From: Candidatus Latescibacterota bacterium
GTDB lineage: Bacteria > Latescibacterota > UBA2968 > UBA8231
Length of the DNA: 64,000 nt
Direction: 5' to 3'
NCBI GenBank assembly: GCA_965261395.1
Contig: OZ253462.1
Coordinates: forward strand, 5,120,001-5,184,000
A program made the translations under genes and the position numbers. Positions 46,431 to 56,249 of this stretch are shown in pieces; positions within the stretch are counted from its first letter, which is position 1, and each line of letters starts with the position of its first letter. The notes under the pieces are model-generated. The model ran no database searches, was not told the DNA's origin, and was given only the letters and a program-made list of their open reading frames with translations.

Positions 46431-48202
46431 CGTCCGCTGCGGAATACTTGGTCGGCGGCCAAGTCGTAGTAGTCGGCCCGAGTACCATCCGGCCAGCGGA
46501 TTTCGAGATGCTCTACGCGGGCGCAAGTCCCCAAGCCAAAGTGGAGGCGCGGATCGCTGGCCGACAGATAGCTGCCACCAGCGGCAACGGTCCGCATCTG
46601 CTGGTGGCCATCGCATAGCAGGCGGACGCGGGCACCGGCCATTAGCCCCTCCACCAAGAGCCAATGGGAACGAGGTGGCAGGTCGTTGCGGTAGAGAGCC
46701 ACCGGACCGCTGGCGTGGGTGACCAACAAGTCGAGGTCGCCATCGGCGTCGTAGTCGCCATACGCTGCGCCACGCGAGACCGCGGCCTGAGCAAAGGCCG
46801 GGCCAGCCGCCGCCGACACATCGCGGAACCGGCCGCCGCTATTGGCGAAAAGCTGGTCGGGTTGGGCGTAGCGGAGGTCTTCTTCGAGAAGCTGAATCCG
46901 GTCCATGACATGGCCGTTGGCGACGAAGAGGTCCAAGTCGGCGTCGTTGTCCGCATCGAAAAACAAGGTTCCAAAGCCCAGGGGGCGCAGGCTCGGATCG
47001 GCGAGGCCGCTAGCGGCTCCGCTATCGGTGAAGCGGTGAGCACCGTCGTTGCGATAGAGCGTATTGCTCTCGCGCGAGAAGTTGGTGACAAAAAGGTCCG
47101 GGTCGCCGTCCGCGTCAACGTCGCCGGCGGCCACGCCCATGCCGGCCTCAGCTTGGCCGTTGCTGTTGTACGCAGCCCCAGCGGCGAGCGCGATATCGAC
47201 GAAGATGCCGCCGTCGTTGCGGTAGAGCGCATTGCGCACTCCGTCGTTGGCCACGTAGAGGTCCATATCGCCATCGGCGTCAAAGTCGCTGGCCAGCGCC
47301 CCCAAGCCCTTGCCAAAGCGGTTGAAGACCCCCGCCTGTTCAGTGACATCGACAAAGGTGCCGCCGTCGTTGCGGTAGAGCACATCAGGGACGCCATTGT
47401 AGCGGCGCGGGCTGCAATAAGTGCGGAGTGCGAAGGGAATTTTCAGCAGCTCTTTACGCCGGCGCTTGGGGGTGATGGTGCCGCCGCAAACGCGGTTGTT
47501 GGCTGGGTAGAAGTCGAGGTAATTGGCCGCGTAGAGGTCGAGGTCGCCATCGTTATCGCAGTCGAAGAACAGGGCACTGGTGCTCCAGCGCGGATCCCCC
47601 ACACCGGCTTTTTCGGTAACATCGACAAACGCGCCACCATCGTTGCGATAGAGGACGTTGGGGCCGTAGTTGGTGACGTAGAGGTCTGGGTCGCCATCCG
47701 CGTCAAAGTCGCCGACGGCCACGCCCATGCCATAGCCGGTATCGCCCGCCCCGGCTGCACCTTCTACCGCGCAGAATGTCCCGTCTCCCTCGTTGCGGTA
47801 GAGTCTATTTCCCTTGGATGGATGGGTGGTGGCCGAGGCAACTTGGTAGGCACTCTCATCAACTAGCCCCTTGAAGCTCAGACTGGGCCGGTAGTCCTTT
47901 TCTACCCAGTAGTGGGTCTCATCGCGGTAGCTGAGGTTGATCGGCGGATACTGGCCGCGCAGATGCGACAAGTCGAATCCATCCACCAAGTAGATGTCGA
48001 GCCAGCCATCTTGGTCGTAGTCGAGAAAAGCCCCGCCAGCGCCCATGGTCTCAATGAGAAAGTAATCGCCCGCCGCGCCGTTGGTGTAGGTAAAATCGAG
48101 ACCAGTATCCTCGACCACCTGGAACGGACCAGGAAGGGCGGGTGGAGCAGGCTCGCAGGCGGCGCAGATCACCACTAGCAGCAACAAGCGAGTCATTATC
48201 AT
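46427..48202 (-). CDS. CRTAC1-like FG-GAP repeat + ASPIC/UnbV lipoprotein
   Basis: Repeated DxDxDGDxDL(Y/F)V motifs, GSYLSASDPRLHFGLG..IRWPDG. Confidence 0.88.
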   Translation of the reverse strand: MIMTRLLLLVVICAACEPAPPALPGPFQVVEDTGLDFTYTNGAAGDYFLIETMGAGGAFLDYDQDGWLDIYLVDGFDLSHLRGQYPPINLSYRDETHYWVEKDYRPSLSFKGLVDESAYQVASATTHPSKGNRLYRNEGDGTFCAVEGAAGAGDTGYGMGVAVGDFDADGDPDLYVTNYGPNVLYRNDGGAFVDVTEKAGVGDPRWSTSALFFDCDNDGDLDLYAANYLDFYPANNRVCGGTITPKRRRKELLKIPFALRTYCSPRRYNGVPDVLYRNDGGTFVDVTEQAGVFNRFGKGLGALASDFDADGDMDLYVANDGVRNALYRNDGGIFVDIALAAGAAYNSNGQAEAGMGVAAGDVDADGDPDLFVTNFSRESNTLYRNDGAHRFTDSGAASGLADPSLRPLGFGTLFFDADNDADLDLFVANGHVMDRIQLLEEDLRYAQPDQLFANSGGRFRDVSAAAGPAFAQAAVSRGAAYGDYDADGDLDLLVTHASGPVALYRNDLPPRSHWLLVEGLMAGARVRLLCDGHQQMRTVAAGGSYLSASDPRLHFGLGTCARVEHLEIRWPDGTRADYYDLAADQVFRSGR

Positions 48203-49392
48203 TAGCGCAGCTCTCGCCGCAGGGCCAAGCCGTAGAGTGAACACAACAAGGCCGCATCGGCCACCCACAACGCGCCCACTCCATTATACAACCGCCAGCT
48301 TGGCAACAAGGCAAAGCAGTACCCACTCGCCAGCACCGCCGAGCACACAATCGGCACTCGCCACAGCCAATGCGCCCGGGCGTCACCGAGCACCACCCAC
48401 AACGCCGCTTGGCAAAAGGGCAAGAAGACGAAGTAGTGAGGCCACGAGGTCGGCACCACAAACGGCAAGGCGATAAAGAGCGCCACCGCGGATAGGGCCA
48501 TCCGCTGCGCGATTTTTCGCTTGTGCAACCACCACACCACGACGCTGTTGGCGCAAAAGACCAGCACCCCTGCAAACCGCAGCGCATCGAGCGTCGATTC
48601 TAAAAGGCGATATCCCAGCGGCTGCCCCCAGCGGTTGAGTACATGGACAAAATACTGGGTATTAAAATCGCGCAGGAGCCGTGCCGCCTCCGGCAGCGAT
48701 TGTGCGGATGCGCGCTCGAAATACCACCAATCCACAGGCCCCAACAACGCGGCTGGCAGCAGACCGTAAAACCCTAATAAGCCAGCCCCGTAAGCCGCGA
48801 GAAAGCGCCCGTCGCGGCGGACGAAAAAATAGATGACAAATGCGCCGGGATAGTACTTGATGCAGGTGACCAGCGCCAACGCGATCCCTCCCAGCGCGCT
48901 CCGACCCTGCTGGTGCAGCGCCAACGCCGATACAATGCCAAGCGTCACTAACACACTGACCTGCCCCCATTTGAAATTGTGCAACAAGGGGAAGGAAGCC
49001 AGCAGCAACAACAAATAAACCAGCATGCCCCGAGCGGAGAGTCCGAGCAGATAGCGGCCCGATACATAGTAGAACACGGCCGCCCACCCCACCTGCAAAA
49101 ACCCCCACAAAACAGTCGCCGCCGCCAGCGGCAAGAGTGCCACAAGGCTCAGCCCCAACGCAAAAAACGAGGTATAGTAGTACCCCCGGACGGGCCATTT
49201 GTCGGCAAAAAGCACCTCGCCCATCGGATAATAGAAGCGCTGAAAATCGCCAAAGAGCTGCTCGCCGTGGTCAATGGCGTTGACAAACCCATCAACCGAT
49301 CCCCACAGCAGCCAATAGCTGCCAAGCACCAACCCCGCCCCCAGCAGGCCCAACCCACAACTCCGTTGCGGTTCTTTGTCAAAACCAAGCAA
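48202..49392 (-). CDS. GT87-like (DUF2029) membrane glycosyltransferase
   Basis: DF..Y, GQVS, IKYYP, SWPHY; polytopic. Confidence 0.75.
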   Translation of the reverse strand: MLGFDKEPQRSCGLGLLGAGLVLGSYWLLWGSVDGFVNAIDHGEQLFGDFQRFYYPMGEVLFADKWPVRGYYYTSFFALGLSLVALLPLAAATVLWGFLQVGWAAVFYYVSGRYLLGLSARGMLVYLLLLLASFPLLHNFKWGQVSVLVTLGIVSALALHQQGRSALGGIALALVTCIKYYPGAFVIYFFVRRDGRFLAAYGAGLLGFYGLLPAALLGPVDWWYFERASAQSLPEAARLLRDFNTQYFVHVLNRWGQPLGYRLLESTLDALRFAGVLVFCANSVVVWWLHKRKIAQRMALSAVALFIALPFVVPTSWPHYFVFLPFCQAALWVVLGDARAHWLWRVPIVCSAVLASGYCFALLPSWRLYNGVGALWVADAALLCSLYGLALRRELR

Positions 49393-49520
49393 AATGTCCC
49401 CTTTTCTAGCGCGTCTTAGTCCGCCTTTGCCACCCGAACCGCGCCCTCAACTGACTGGCGGCTCCCAGCGGATATAGGTATTTTGAGACACAAACCACGA
49501 AGATATAAGATACCAATAAA

Positions 49521-51206
49521 TTGTCCGAACATCCCTTCTCGGCATGGCGCATCGGCCTCGCCAGCCTTCTGGCTGCCTGTACCCCAGCGGAGCAAAACCT
49601 GCCCCGCGTTCACTTCGTGGAAGTAGCCCAACCAGCCGGTCTGACCCTGCGCAACATCTGCGGCAACCCAGACAAGCGCTACATCGTCGAGGCCAAGGGC
49701 GGCAGCCTCGCCGCCTTTGACTACGACCAAGACGGCGACCTCGACCTCTATATCGTCAACGGCTCGACCCTCGAAGGCTTTCCGCCCGAGACCGCCCCCC
49801 GCAACGCCCTCTACCAAAATGCAGGTAATGCGACCTTCCAAGACGTCGCCGCGACCACGGGTGTCGATGACGCACGCTGGGGCATGGGCGCGGTGGCCGC
49901 CGACTACGACAACGACGGCGACCCCGATCTCTACGTCACCAACTACGGCCCCAATCGCTTCTATCAGAACACCGGCAACGGAACCTTCTCCGATCAGGCC
50001 CCGTTAGCTGGCGTCGCCGATACCCGCTGGAGTACCGGTGCCGCGTGGAGCGACTACGACAACGACGGCGACCTCGACCTCTACGTGGCGAACTACATCG
50101 ACTTTGATGTCAATTTCATCCCCAAGGGAGCCGACGCGGGGATGTGGCGCGGCCTGAACGTCATGTATGGACCCCGTGGTCTGGTCGGCGCAGCAGATGC
50201 GCTCTATCGCAATGAAGACGACGGCATCTTCACCGATGTCACCCAAGCAGTCGGCGTCACCGATCCCTATAAGCGCTATGGCTTTACCCCGCTCTTTAGC
50301 GACTTCGACCGCGACGGCGACCAAGATCTCTTCGTCGCCAACGATGCAGGTCCCAACATGTTCTACCGCAATCAGGGCAATGGCACCTTCGCGGCAGAAG
50401 CACTGGAGGCAGCCGTGGCCTTGCTCGAAAGCGGCGATGCCCAGGCATGTATGGGCGCGGCATCGGCCGATTACGACAACGATGGCGACTTCGACCTCTA
50501 CGTCACCAACTTCGCCCTCGACTACAATACCCTCTACCAGAACGATGGCCGCGGCTTCTTCAAGGACGTCTCCGCCACCGCCGGCCTCATCTACCCCACC
50601 TGGCCCTTCGTCGGCTGGGGCACGGGCTTTGCCGACTTTGACAACGACGGCTGGCAAGACCTATTCGTGGCCAATGGCCACGTCTATCCCCAAGTCGAGC
50701 AATTCGAGCGCGGGGCCTCCTACCGGCAAAAAAATCAACTCTTTCTCAGCGCGGGCGACGGACGCTTCAAGGAAGCCACTGCAATGGCCGGGCCGGGTTT
50801 TGCCATTGAGGAATCGAGCCGCGGCGCGGTCCTGGCCGACTTCGACAACGACGGCGATATCGACATTGCCGTCCACAACCTCGACTCGACGCCCTCGTTT
50901 CTGCGCAACGATTCACCGACCAGCAACCACTGGCTTATCGTCCGCGTCCAAGGCGTGGAAAGCAACCGCGACGGGATCGGTGCCATCGTCGTAGTCGAAA
51001 CCAGCGCCGGCACTCAGCTCCGCGAAATCCGCGCTGGCAGCAGTTTTCTGGCTCAGGATGACATCCGCGCCCACTTCGGCTTGGGCGGAGAACGCGTGGT
51101 GCAACGGCTCGAAGTACATTGGCCTAGCGGTCAGGTTGACCGCTTCGCCGCAATCCAAGCGGACCGCATCCTCACGGTGCGCGAGGGGCAGGGCCTTTTC
51201 CCCTGA
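49521..51206 (+). CDS. CRTAC1-like FG-GAP repeat + ASPIC/UnbV lipoprotein
   Basis: Lipobox LAAC, DYDNDGD repeats, SNRDGIGA, HFGLG..VHWPSG. Confidence 0.88.
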   Translation: MSEHPFSAWRIGLASLLAACTPAEQNLPRVHFVEVAQPAGLTLRNICGNPDKRYIVEAKGGSLAAFDYDQDGDLDLYIVNGSTLEGFPPETAPRNALYQNAGNATFQDVAATTGVDDARWGMGAVAADYDNDGDPDLYVTNYGPNRFYQNTGNGTFSDQAPLAGVADTRWSTGAAWSDYDNDGDLDLYVANYIDFDVNFIPKGADAGMWRGLNVMYGPRGLVGAADALYRNEDDGIFTDVTQAVGVTDPYKRYGFTPLFSDFDRDGDQDLFVANDAGPNMFYRNQGNGTFAAEALEAAVALLESGDAQACMGAASADYDNDGDFDLYVTNFALDYNTLYQNDGRGFFKDVSATAGLIYPTWPFVGWGTGFADFDNDGWQDLFVANGHVYPQVEQFERGASYRQKNQLFLSAGDGRFKEATAMAGPGFAIEESSRGAVLADFDNDGDIDIAVHNLDSTPSFLRNDSPTSNHWLIVRVQGVESNRDGIGAIVVVETSAGTQLREIRAGSSFLAQDDIRAHFGLGGERVVQRLEVHWPSGQVDRFAAIQADRILTVREGQGLFP

Positions 51207-51245
51207 CCCTTGCTAGGAATCTTCCCGCCAATTTATTTCGAGCCT

Positions 51246-52046
51246 ATGTTCCGCGCCCTACTTATCCTTTCTCTAGCCCTGCCCGCCTGTAGCCGCGTCC
51301 CCGAGTCGCTGACGGTCGAACTAGCCCCTGGTGTAGCGATGGAGTTCGCCTACATTCCACCCGGTGCCTTCGCCAGGGGCGCAGCCCCGGGCGAGGAGGG
51401 ACCGCTCGACGACAGCGAGGAACCCCAACACCACGTCGAACTGTCGCGCGGATTCTACCTCGCCAAATACGAGCTTACTCAGGCCCAATGGCGCGCCGTC
51501 GTTGGCACCCAGCCGTGGCGGCGGCGTCAGTACGTCAAAGAAGGGGCGCAATACCCGGCCACCTACATTTCGTGGATCGAAGCCGAACACTTCATCCAGC
51601 GGCTCAATAAAAAGGCCGGCCAAACGCTCTACCGCTTCCCCACCGAAGCCGAATGGGAATACGCCTGCCGCGCCGCTACCACCACGCGCTGGTTCTCCGG
51701 CGACGACGAACAAACACTGGCCGACTATGCCTGGATCAGCGGTAACGCCTGGGCAGTCGGCGAGAAATACCCCCACGCCGTCGGCCAGAAGGCACCCAAC
51801 GCTTGGGGCCTCTACGATATGCACGGCAATGTCTGGGAGTGGGTCGCCGACTGGGAAGGGCCATACGGTGCGGATAAACAAATTGATCCCCAAGGCCCGG
51901 CCGCAGGCGAGCGCCGCGTCGGCCGTGGTGGCTCCTTTGGCACCCTGGGGCTGGGCGGGCGTTCGGCGTCGCGCTTTTTCAGCCCGCCCGACGCCCGCAG
52001 TCCCGATGTAGGGGTCCGCATTGCCCGCGAAGTTGCAGCCGATTAA
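51246..52046 (+). CDS. FGE/SUMF1-like domain lipoprotein
   Basis: RFPTEAEWEYACRA, NAWGLYDMHGNVWEW, RGGSF. Confidence 0.88.
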   Translation: MFRALLILSLALPACSRVPESLTVELAPGVAMEFAYIPPGAFARGAAPGEEGPLDDSEEPQHHVELSRGFYLAKYELTQAQWRAVVGTQPWRRRQYVKEGAQYPATYISWIEAEHFIQRLNKKAGQTLYRFPTEAEWEYACRAATTTRWFSGDDEQTLADYAWISGNAWAVGEKYPHAVGQKAPNAWGLYDMHGNVWEWVADWEGPYGADKQIDPQGPAAGERRVGRGGSFGTLGLGGRSASRFFSPPDARSPDVGVRIAREVAAD

Positions 52047-53629
52047 TAGCGTCGATTTTTGAGAATCAATACCGACGGCCCCCGCCGCCAACGCGCTTCT
52101 AGCTCGGCCGACACATTGGACCAGCCCATGGCGAAGGAGCCGAGGACGATATCTTCGTCGCCGTCGAGGTCAATGTCGCCCACATCCATCGTTAGCCAGC
52201 GGCCCGCCAACACTTCGTCGAACGTCGAGGGTGCAAACTGCATTCCGCCCTCGTTGCGCAAGTACACGAAGGCTTCTGCGGGCGCACCGGCGTAGTCGGC
52301 GAAAAAGCCGATCGCGGCTATATCGAAATCCCCATCCCCGTCGAAGTCAGCAGCCTGCGCCTTGTAGGCACCGTTGAGCGGAAAGAAATAGGCCTCTGCG
52401 AAGCGATTGCGACCGTCGTTGAGATAGAGCCGGACCCCGTGGTACGGTTTGAGTAGCAGCGCGTAGTCGGCGTTGTCACCGTTGGCTGTGAGTAGATCGA
52501 GGTCCCCATCCCCATCGAAATCGACCAAGCTCAGATGCGCAGCCCCGTACGAAGGCGGCCACTGCACCACGTAGGACTCCTCAAAGGTGCCGTCGCCGCG
52601 ATTGTAATAAATAAACACCCCCTCACGAGCTTGCCCCATCAAAGCGACGATGTCCGGGCGGCCGTCGCCGTTGAAGTCGCGCACGTAGTGGCTAATGGCC
52701 CCTGGGTACTGGTTGAGCCAGCGCTCCTCGTAGCTCCCGTCTTCCTTGGCAATAAAATAGGACAGCTGCCCCAGCCGGTTGCCGAACTCGGAGACGACGA
52801 TCTCCTCTGCCCCGTCGCCGTCCAGATCGGCAAACGAAGTGGCAACCGGCCGCGACAACTCCCTCAGCACCCGTCTGCCGACCGACAGCAAGGTATCGCC
52901 TTCCTTGGCTACTGCCATCAACAGGCCCTGTGGATCGTCTGACGGGAACGGCGAGCCGATTGAGGTGACCCAGATAGTTCCCTCGCGCCAGTCGATATCA
53001 GTCGGGGTTAGATTGAGTCTCAGCTTCTGCGCGAGCTGCCCCTGACCGTCGAGGATTGCCAACGAGCGCTCGCGCGAGTCCCCTGCGTAAATTCGCCCCT
53101 CATTGATCGCCACCAGCGTCGTAAAGGGATTTTCGACGCGATACTCCGGTGTCAAGACGTCAAATTGCCCCAAGTCGCGACTGATCGCTGTCCGCGGCCC
53201 CTGGGGCAAGAGCTGTTCCGGCGCGGCCTGTAGATAGTATTCGACAATCGGCACCCAGACCTCCACGGGGATCAACGGCTCTTGGGGATAGATGCCCGGT
53301 TGCTCGTCCTCCCGCTGATGCTTCTTAGGCGGCAAGCCCGCCAGTTCCGGCGGCAAACCGAGGATTTTGGCCAATGTCGGCAGGACCCACTCGCGCAGCG
53401 TCGTTCGGTCCAGCAGATCAGGCTCGGCGAAGACGTGGCAACTCTGGCAGTACAACTTGGCCAGACGGCGTCCTTCGCTATCGGTGGAATCGGGTGGCTG
53501 GAAGTGCAGGGTGCGGATCAGCGCAGGATCGATGGCAGCAGATGGCCGTGTGGGGTCTGTGTCCGACCCTTGGCAGCCACACAGCACCAAGACCAGGCAG
53601 ATCGTCCGCGTCCAAGCCATGCTCGTCAT
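52043..53629 (-). CDS. Lipoprotein with a c-type haem motif and FG-GAP/VCBS repeats
   Basis: Lipobox LCGC, CQSCH, repeated D(F/L)DGDG motifs. Confidence 0.8.
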   Translation of the reverse strand: MTSMAWTRTICLVLVLCGCQGSDTDPTRPSAAIDPALIRTLHFQPPDSTDSEGRRLAKLYCQSCHVFAEPDLLDRTTLREWVLPTLAKILGLPPELAGLPPKKHQREDEQPGIYPQEPLIPVEVWVPIVEYYLQAAPEQLLPQGPRTAISRDLGQFDVLTPEYRVENPFTTLVAINEGRIYAGDSRERSLAILDGQGQLAQKLRLNLTPTDIDWREGTIWVTSIGSPFPSDDPQGLLMAVAKEGDTLLSVGRRVLRELSRPVATSFADLDGDGAEEIVVSEFGNRLGQLSYFIAKEDGSYEERWLNQYPGAISHYVRDFNGDGRPDIVALMGQAREGVFIYYNRGDGTFEESYVVQWPPSYGAAHLSLVDFDGDGDLDLLTANGDNADYALLLKPYHGVRLYLNDGRNRFAEAYFFPLNGAYKAQAADFDGDGDFDIAAIGFFADYAGAPAEAFVYLRNEGGMQFAPSTFDEVLAGRWLTMDVGDIDLDGDEDIVLGSFAMGWSNVSAELEARWRRGPSVLILKNRRY

Positions 53630-53631
53630 CG

Positions 53632-56235
53632 TTAGTAGGCGACGGCAATAGTATGCAAGACCTCCCCGGCCCCAACCCGTGCCCCTTGGGTATCGGTATC
53701 CACCCGCAGGCGCACCACATACACTCCTGGTGCAACCACCAACCCCGACTCATCCCGACCATCCCACACCACTCCGTACTCTCCCGTACTCACTCCGCGC
53801 TGCTCGACCAACTGCCGCACTAGCCGACCGCTCAAATCGTAGATCAGCACCTCCACCGGACTGTCGTCGCCTACCTTGATTACCTTGAAGTGGAACGACA
53901 CCCAGTCGTTGACCCCATCCCCATTGGGGGTGAGGACCTCCGGCACCACCACGTCCTCCAGCAATGATCGGCTCTGCACGGCACCCCTCAAGGTCGTGGT
54001 GTTGCTGACTACCGCCCCTACTGCATCGCCCGGATCCACCCGCTGCCAATCCCATTCCTCCGAGGTGCTGTTCTGCAGCGACACCTGCAACACCGCTCCG
54101 GCCGAAAAAAGCGCCGTGGTGAAATCCAGCCGCAACACCTCCATCCCCGACTCCGGGTTGATCAGCGGAAAGGCCAACCGCAGGCTGTCGCCGCCCGTAC
54201 CTACAACCTCGACATCGGCCACCGCCAGCCCGTCCAGATCGCGGCCGGCCAGCACCTCGCCCGCACCGGCATACAGACCGTCGAACCCAAGCATCATGTC
54301 CGCCGGTACCACCAGCAGGAGCTCGTCGAAGCCGGGATCGCGGGGGGCAAAGGTCGGCCGCACGAAGAGCGAAAAGCGCTGCTCTTTCCCCAGCGTCTCT
54401 ACTATCGCCGGTGCCACCTCTCCCTTCAGGCTCTGCGCCACCGGATGAGTGAAGTTGAGGTGGATCGAACGCAAGGTCGCGCTCACTGCAGGAGCGTCCG
54501 ACAACAGGGTCGCGCGGATTTCTAGGAACTCGCGCGGCGACGGCGAAGTAATCGGACTGCCGCTGGGATCTTCGCTAGGCTGGCTCCAGTCGCTCCAATC
54601 CCCGCCCACTGCTTCCTCGGCGACGATATCCCCCTTGAATATCGAAAGCAGCTTGTCGTACTGGTCTTTGCTCACTTCAGTGCCGTCTTTTTTGAAATAG
54701 CGCAGATTCTCGGCTAGCTCATTGCCGGTGCGCGTCTGCACCAGCACACTCGTGCCCGGCGGCACATCCGCGTCCCATTCGATTGAGACTAAATTGCGGC
54801 TACCGCCCAGCCGCACCAGCCCCGAAGTCAGGCTTACCTCCGACATAAACCCTTCCCCGTAGAGCTGCAACTCGGACGGATCGGCCAGAATGGCCGCACC
54901 GCTATTGCCTACCCCGCGCACAATCTGATTCCACACGAAGCGGAAAAAACGCGCCCTTAGGGGGCTAAAGTCGCTGCCCATTACGCTTTGGGTACCAATC
55001 GCGCTTTCTCGGAGGACTTCCGCACCGCGCCCTGCGGCCGCGGAAGTCCACTTGAGACTGCCGTCCGCTTCGCGCTCGCCATTGGAAAAATCCAGTCTAT
55101 AACCCTCAAAATTCCGCTGGCGCGCTCCCAAGGCCATGCGGAAAGCGTCGATCCAGAACGAGGCCCCCATATCGAAAAATATCTCACCCTCTGGTTCCTT
55201 CAATTGCCCGGGAGAGAAGATGAAAATCACCTCGCTGAAGCTGAGCACATCGCCGTCGAACAGGCTGGCAAGCGCCAGCGATTGGGTCGAGGTAACCATG
55301 CCTCCGCGCTCGACCGTATTGATCAGGATCTCGTCGCCCTCGGTCCACACTTCCAACTCGGCTAGGCGCGGCCTTTCGCGCACGAAATAGCGCACCGGGC
55401 CTTGCCGCGATGATTCGAGCCGGTCATAGACCCCCTTTTTGACCACGGCCTCATTGCCATTCGGCAGCCGCTTGTGGTAGAGAATCGCTCCTCGGTCTGC
55501 CTCTGGTAGGGCCTCGTACTCGTCGCGGCTGATCTCTCGACCTTGGGCAAAGTCGCTGCCGGTCACGATCACCTGTACGAAGCGCAGGCCCATGCCCGCA
55601 AATTCTTCTGTGGACTTCAGTTCGATCTCAAAGAGCCGCTGTTGCTTGTTGGGTACCAAGGTGCGCGCCACCCGTCTGAATTCCGGCGTCTGGGAACGGC
55701 TATTGCCTTTGGGCTGGCGACCTTCCGAGACCAACACATCAAACTGCAGGAAGGGGTCGCCGAGTGCTTCATCGACAAACTTGAGCACGATCTTGCGGGC
55801 CATGACGAAGCGGCCCAGATCGACGATAAACCACCACTGCGTCGCCAAGTCGATACCTGGGTTGAGTGCGTCAGGTTCCCAATAGGTCTCCATATCGCCG
55901 TCAAAGAGGTCCAGTACGCCCCGTGCGTTGGAGCCGGCGCGGATTCCATCGCTGAATTCGATATCGGCCGCGTCTTTTTTGATGTAATTGGGAGGATTCA
56001 GGCGCAAGAATTCGCGGGCATTCTCCACGGCATTGATATTTTTGCGCAGCCGCCGTGGTCGGACTTCACCGTCAGCCCCGATGTCTAGGGTGCCCGCCCC
56101 GAAGGACCAGTTCTGCCAGTGCTGTTGACTGTTGACTACGACTTGGTCGGCGGTGACGCGATGGCCTGCTCCCTGAGCGCTGGCACACACCGTACCCAAC
56201 AACAAGGCGCAGGCAACAGTCCAAATGGTCTTCAT
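53632..56235 (-). CDS. Large secreted protein with C-terminal FlgD Ig-like domain (type A paralog)
   Basis: Signal peptide, discoidin-like FDGDMETYW..VDLG, TPNGDGVND..IYDLSGRLVR..WDGRD tail. Confidence 0.82.
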   Translation of the reverse strand: MKTIWTVACALLLGTVCASAQGAGHRVTADQVVVNSQQHWQNWSFGAGTLDIGADGEVRPRRLRKNINAVENAREFLRLNPPNYIKKDAADIEFSDGIRAGSNARGVLDLFDGDMETYWEPDALNPGIDLATQWWFIVDLGRFVMARKIVLKFVDEALGDPFLQFDVLVSEGRQPKGNSRSQTPEFRRVARTLVPNKQQRLFEIELKSTEEFAGMGLRFVQVIVTGSDFAQGREISRDEYEALPEADRGAILYHKRLPNGNEAVVKKGVYDRLESSRQGPVRYFVRERPRLAELEVWTEGDEILINTVERGGMVTSTQSLALASLFDGDVLSFSEVIFIFSPGQLKEPEGEIFFDMGASFWIDAFRMALGARQRNFEGYRLDFSNGEREADGSLKWTSAAAGRGAEVLRESAIGTQSVMGSDFSPLRARFFRFVWNQIVRGVGNSGAAILADPSELQLYGEGFMSEVSLTSGLVRLGGSRNLVSIEWDADVPPGTSVLVQTRTGNELAENLRYFKKDGTEVSKDQYDKLLSIFKGDIVAEEAVGGDWSDWSQPSEDPSGSPITSPSPREFLEIRATLLSDAPAVSATLRSIHLNFTHPVAQSLKGEVAPAIVETLGKEQRFSLFVRPTFAPRDPGFDELLLVVPADMMLGFDGLYAGAGEVLAGRDLDGLAVADVEVVGTGGDSLRLAFPLINPESGMEVLRLDFTTALFSAGAVLQVSLQNSTSEEWDWQRVDPGDAVGAVVSNTTTLRGAVQSRSLLEDVVVPEVLTPNGDGVNDWVSFHFKVIKVGDDSPVEVLIYDLSGRLVRQLVEQRGVSTGEYGVVWDGRDESGLVVAPGVYVVRLRVDTDTQGARVGAGEVLHTIAVAY

Positions 56236-56249
56236 GGTACTCTCGGCCT

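Noticed and set aside
46427-53629. Recurring GACTACGACAACGACGGCGAC-type DNA repeats as a CRISPR or repeat array
   Set aside because: They are in-frame FG-GAP (DxDxDGD) coding repeats with irregular spacing.
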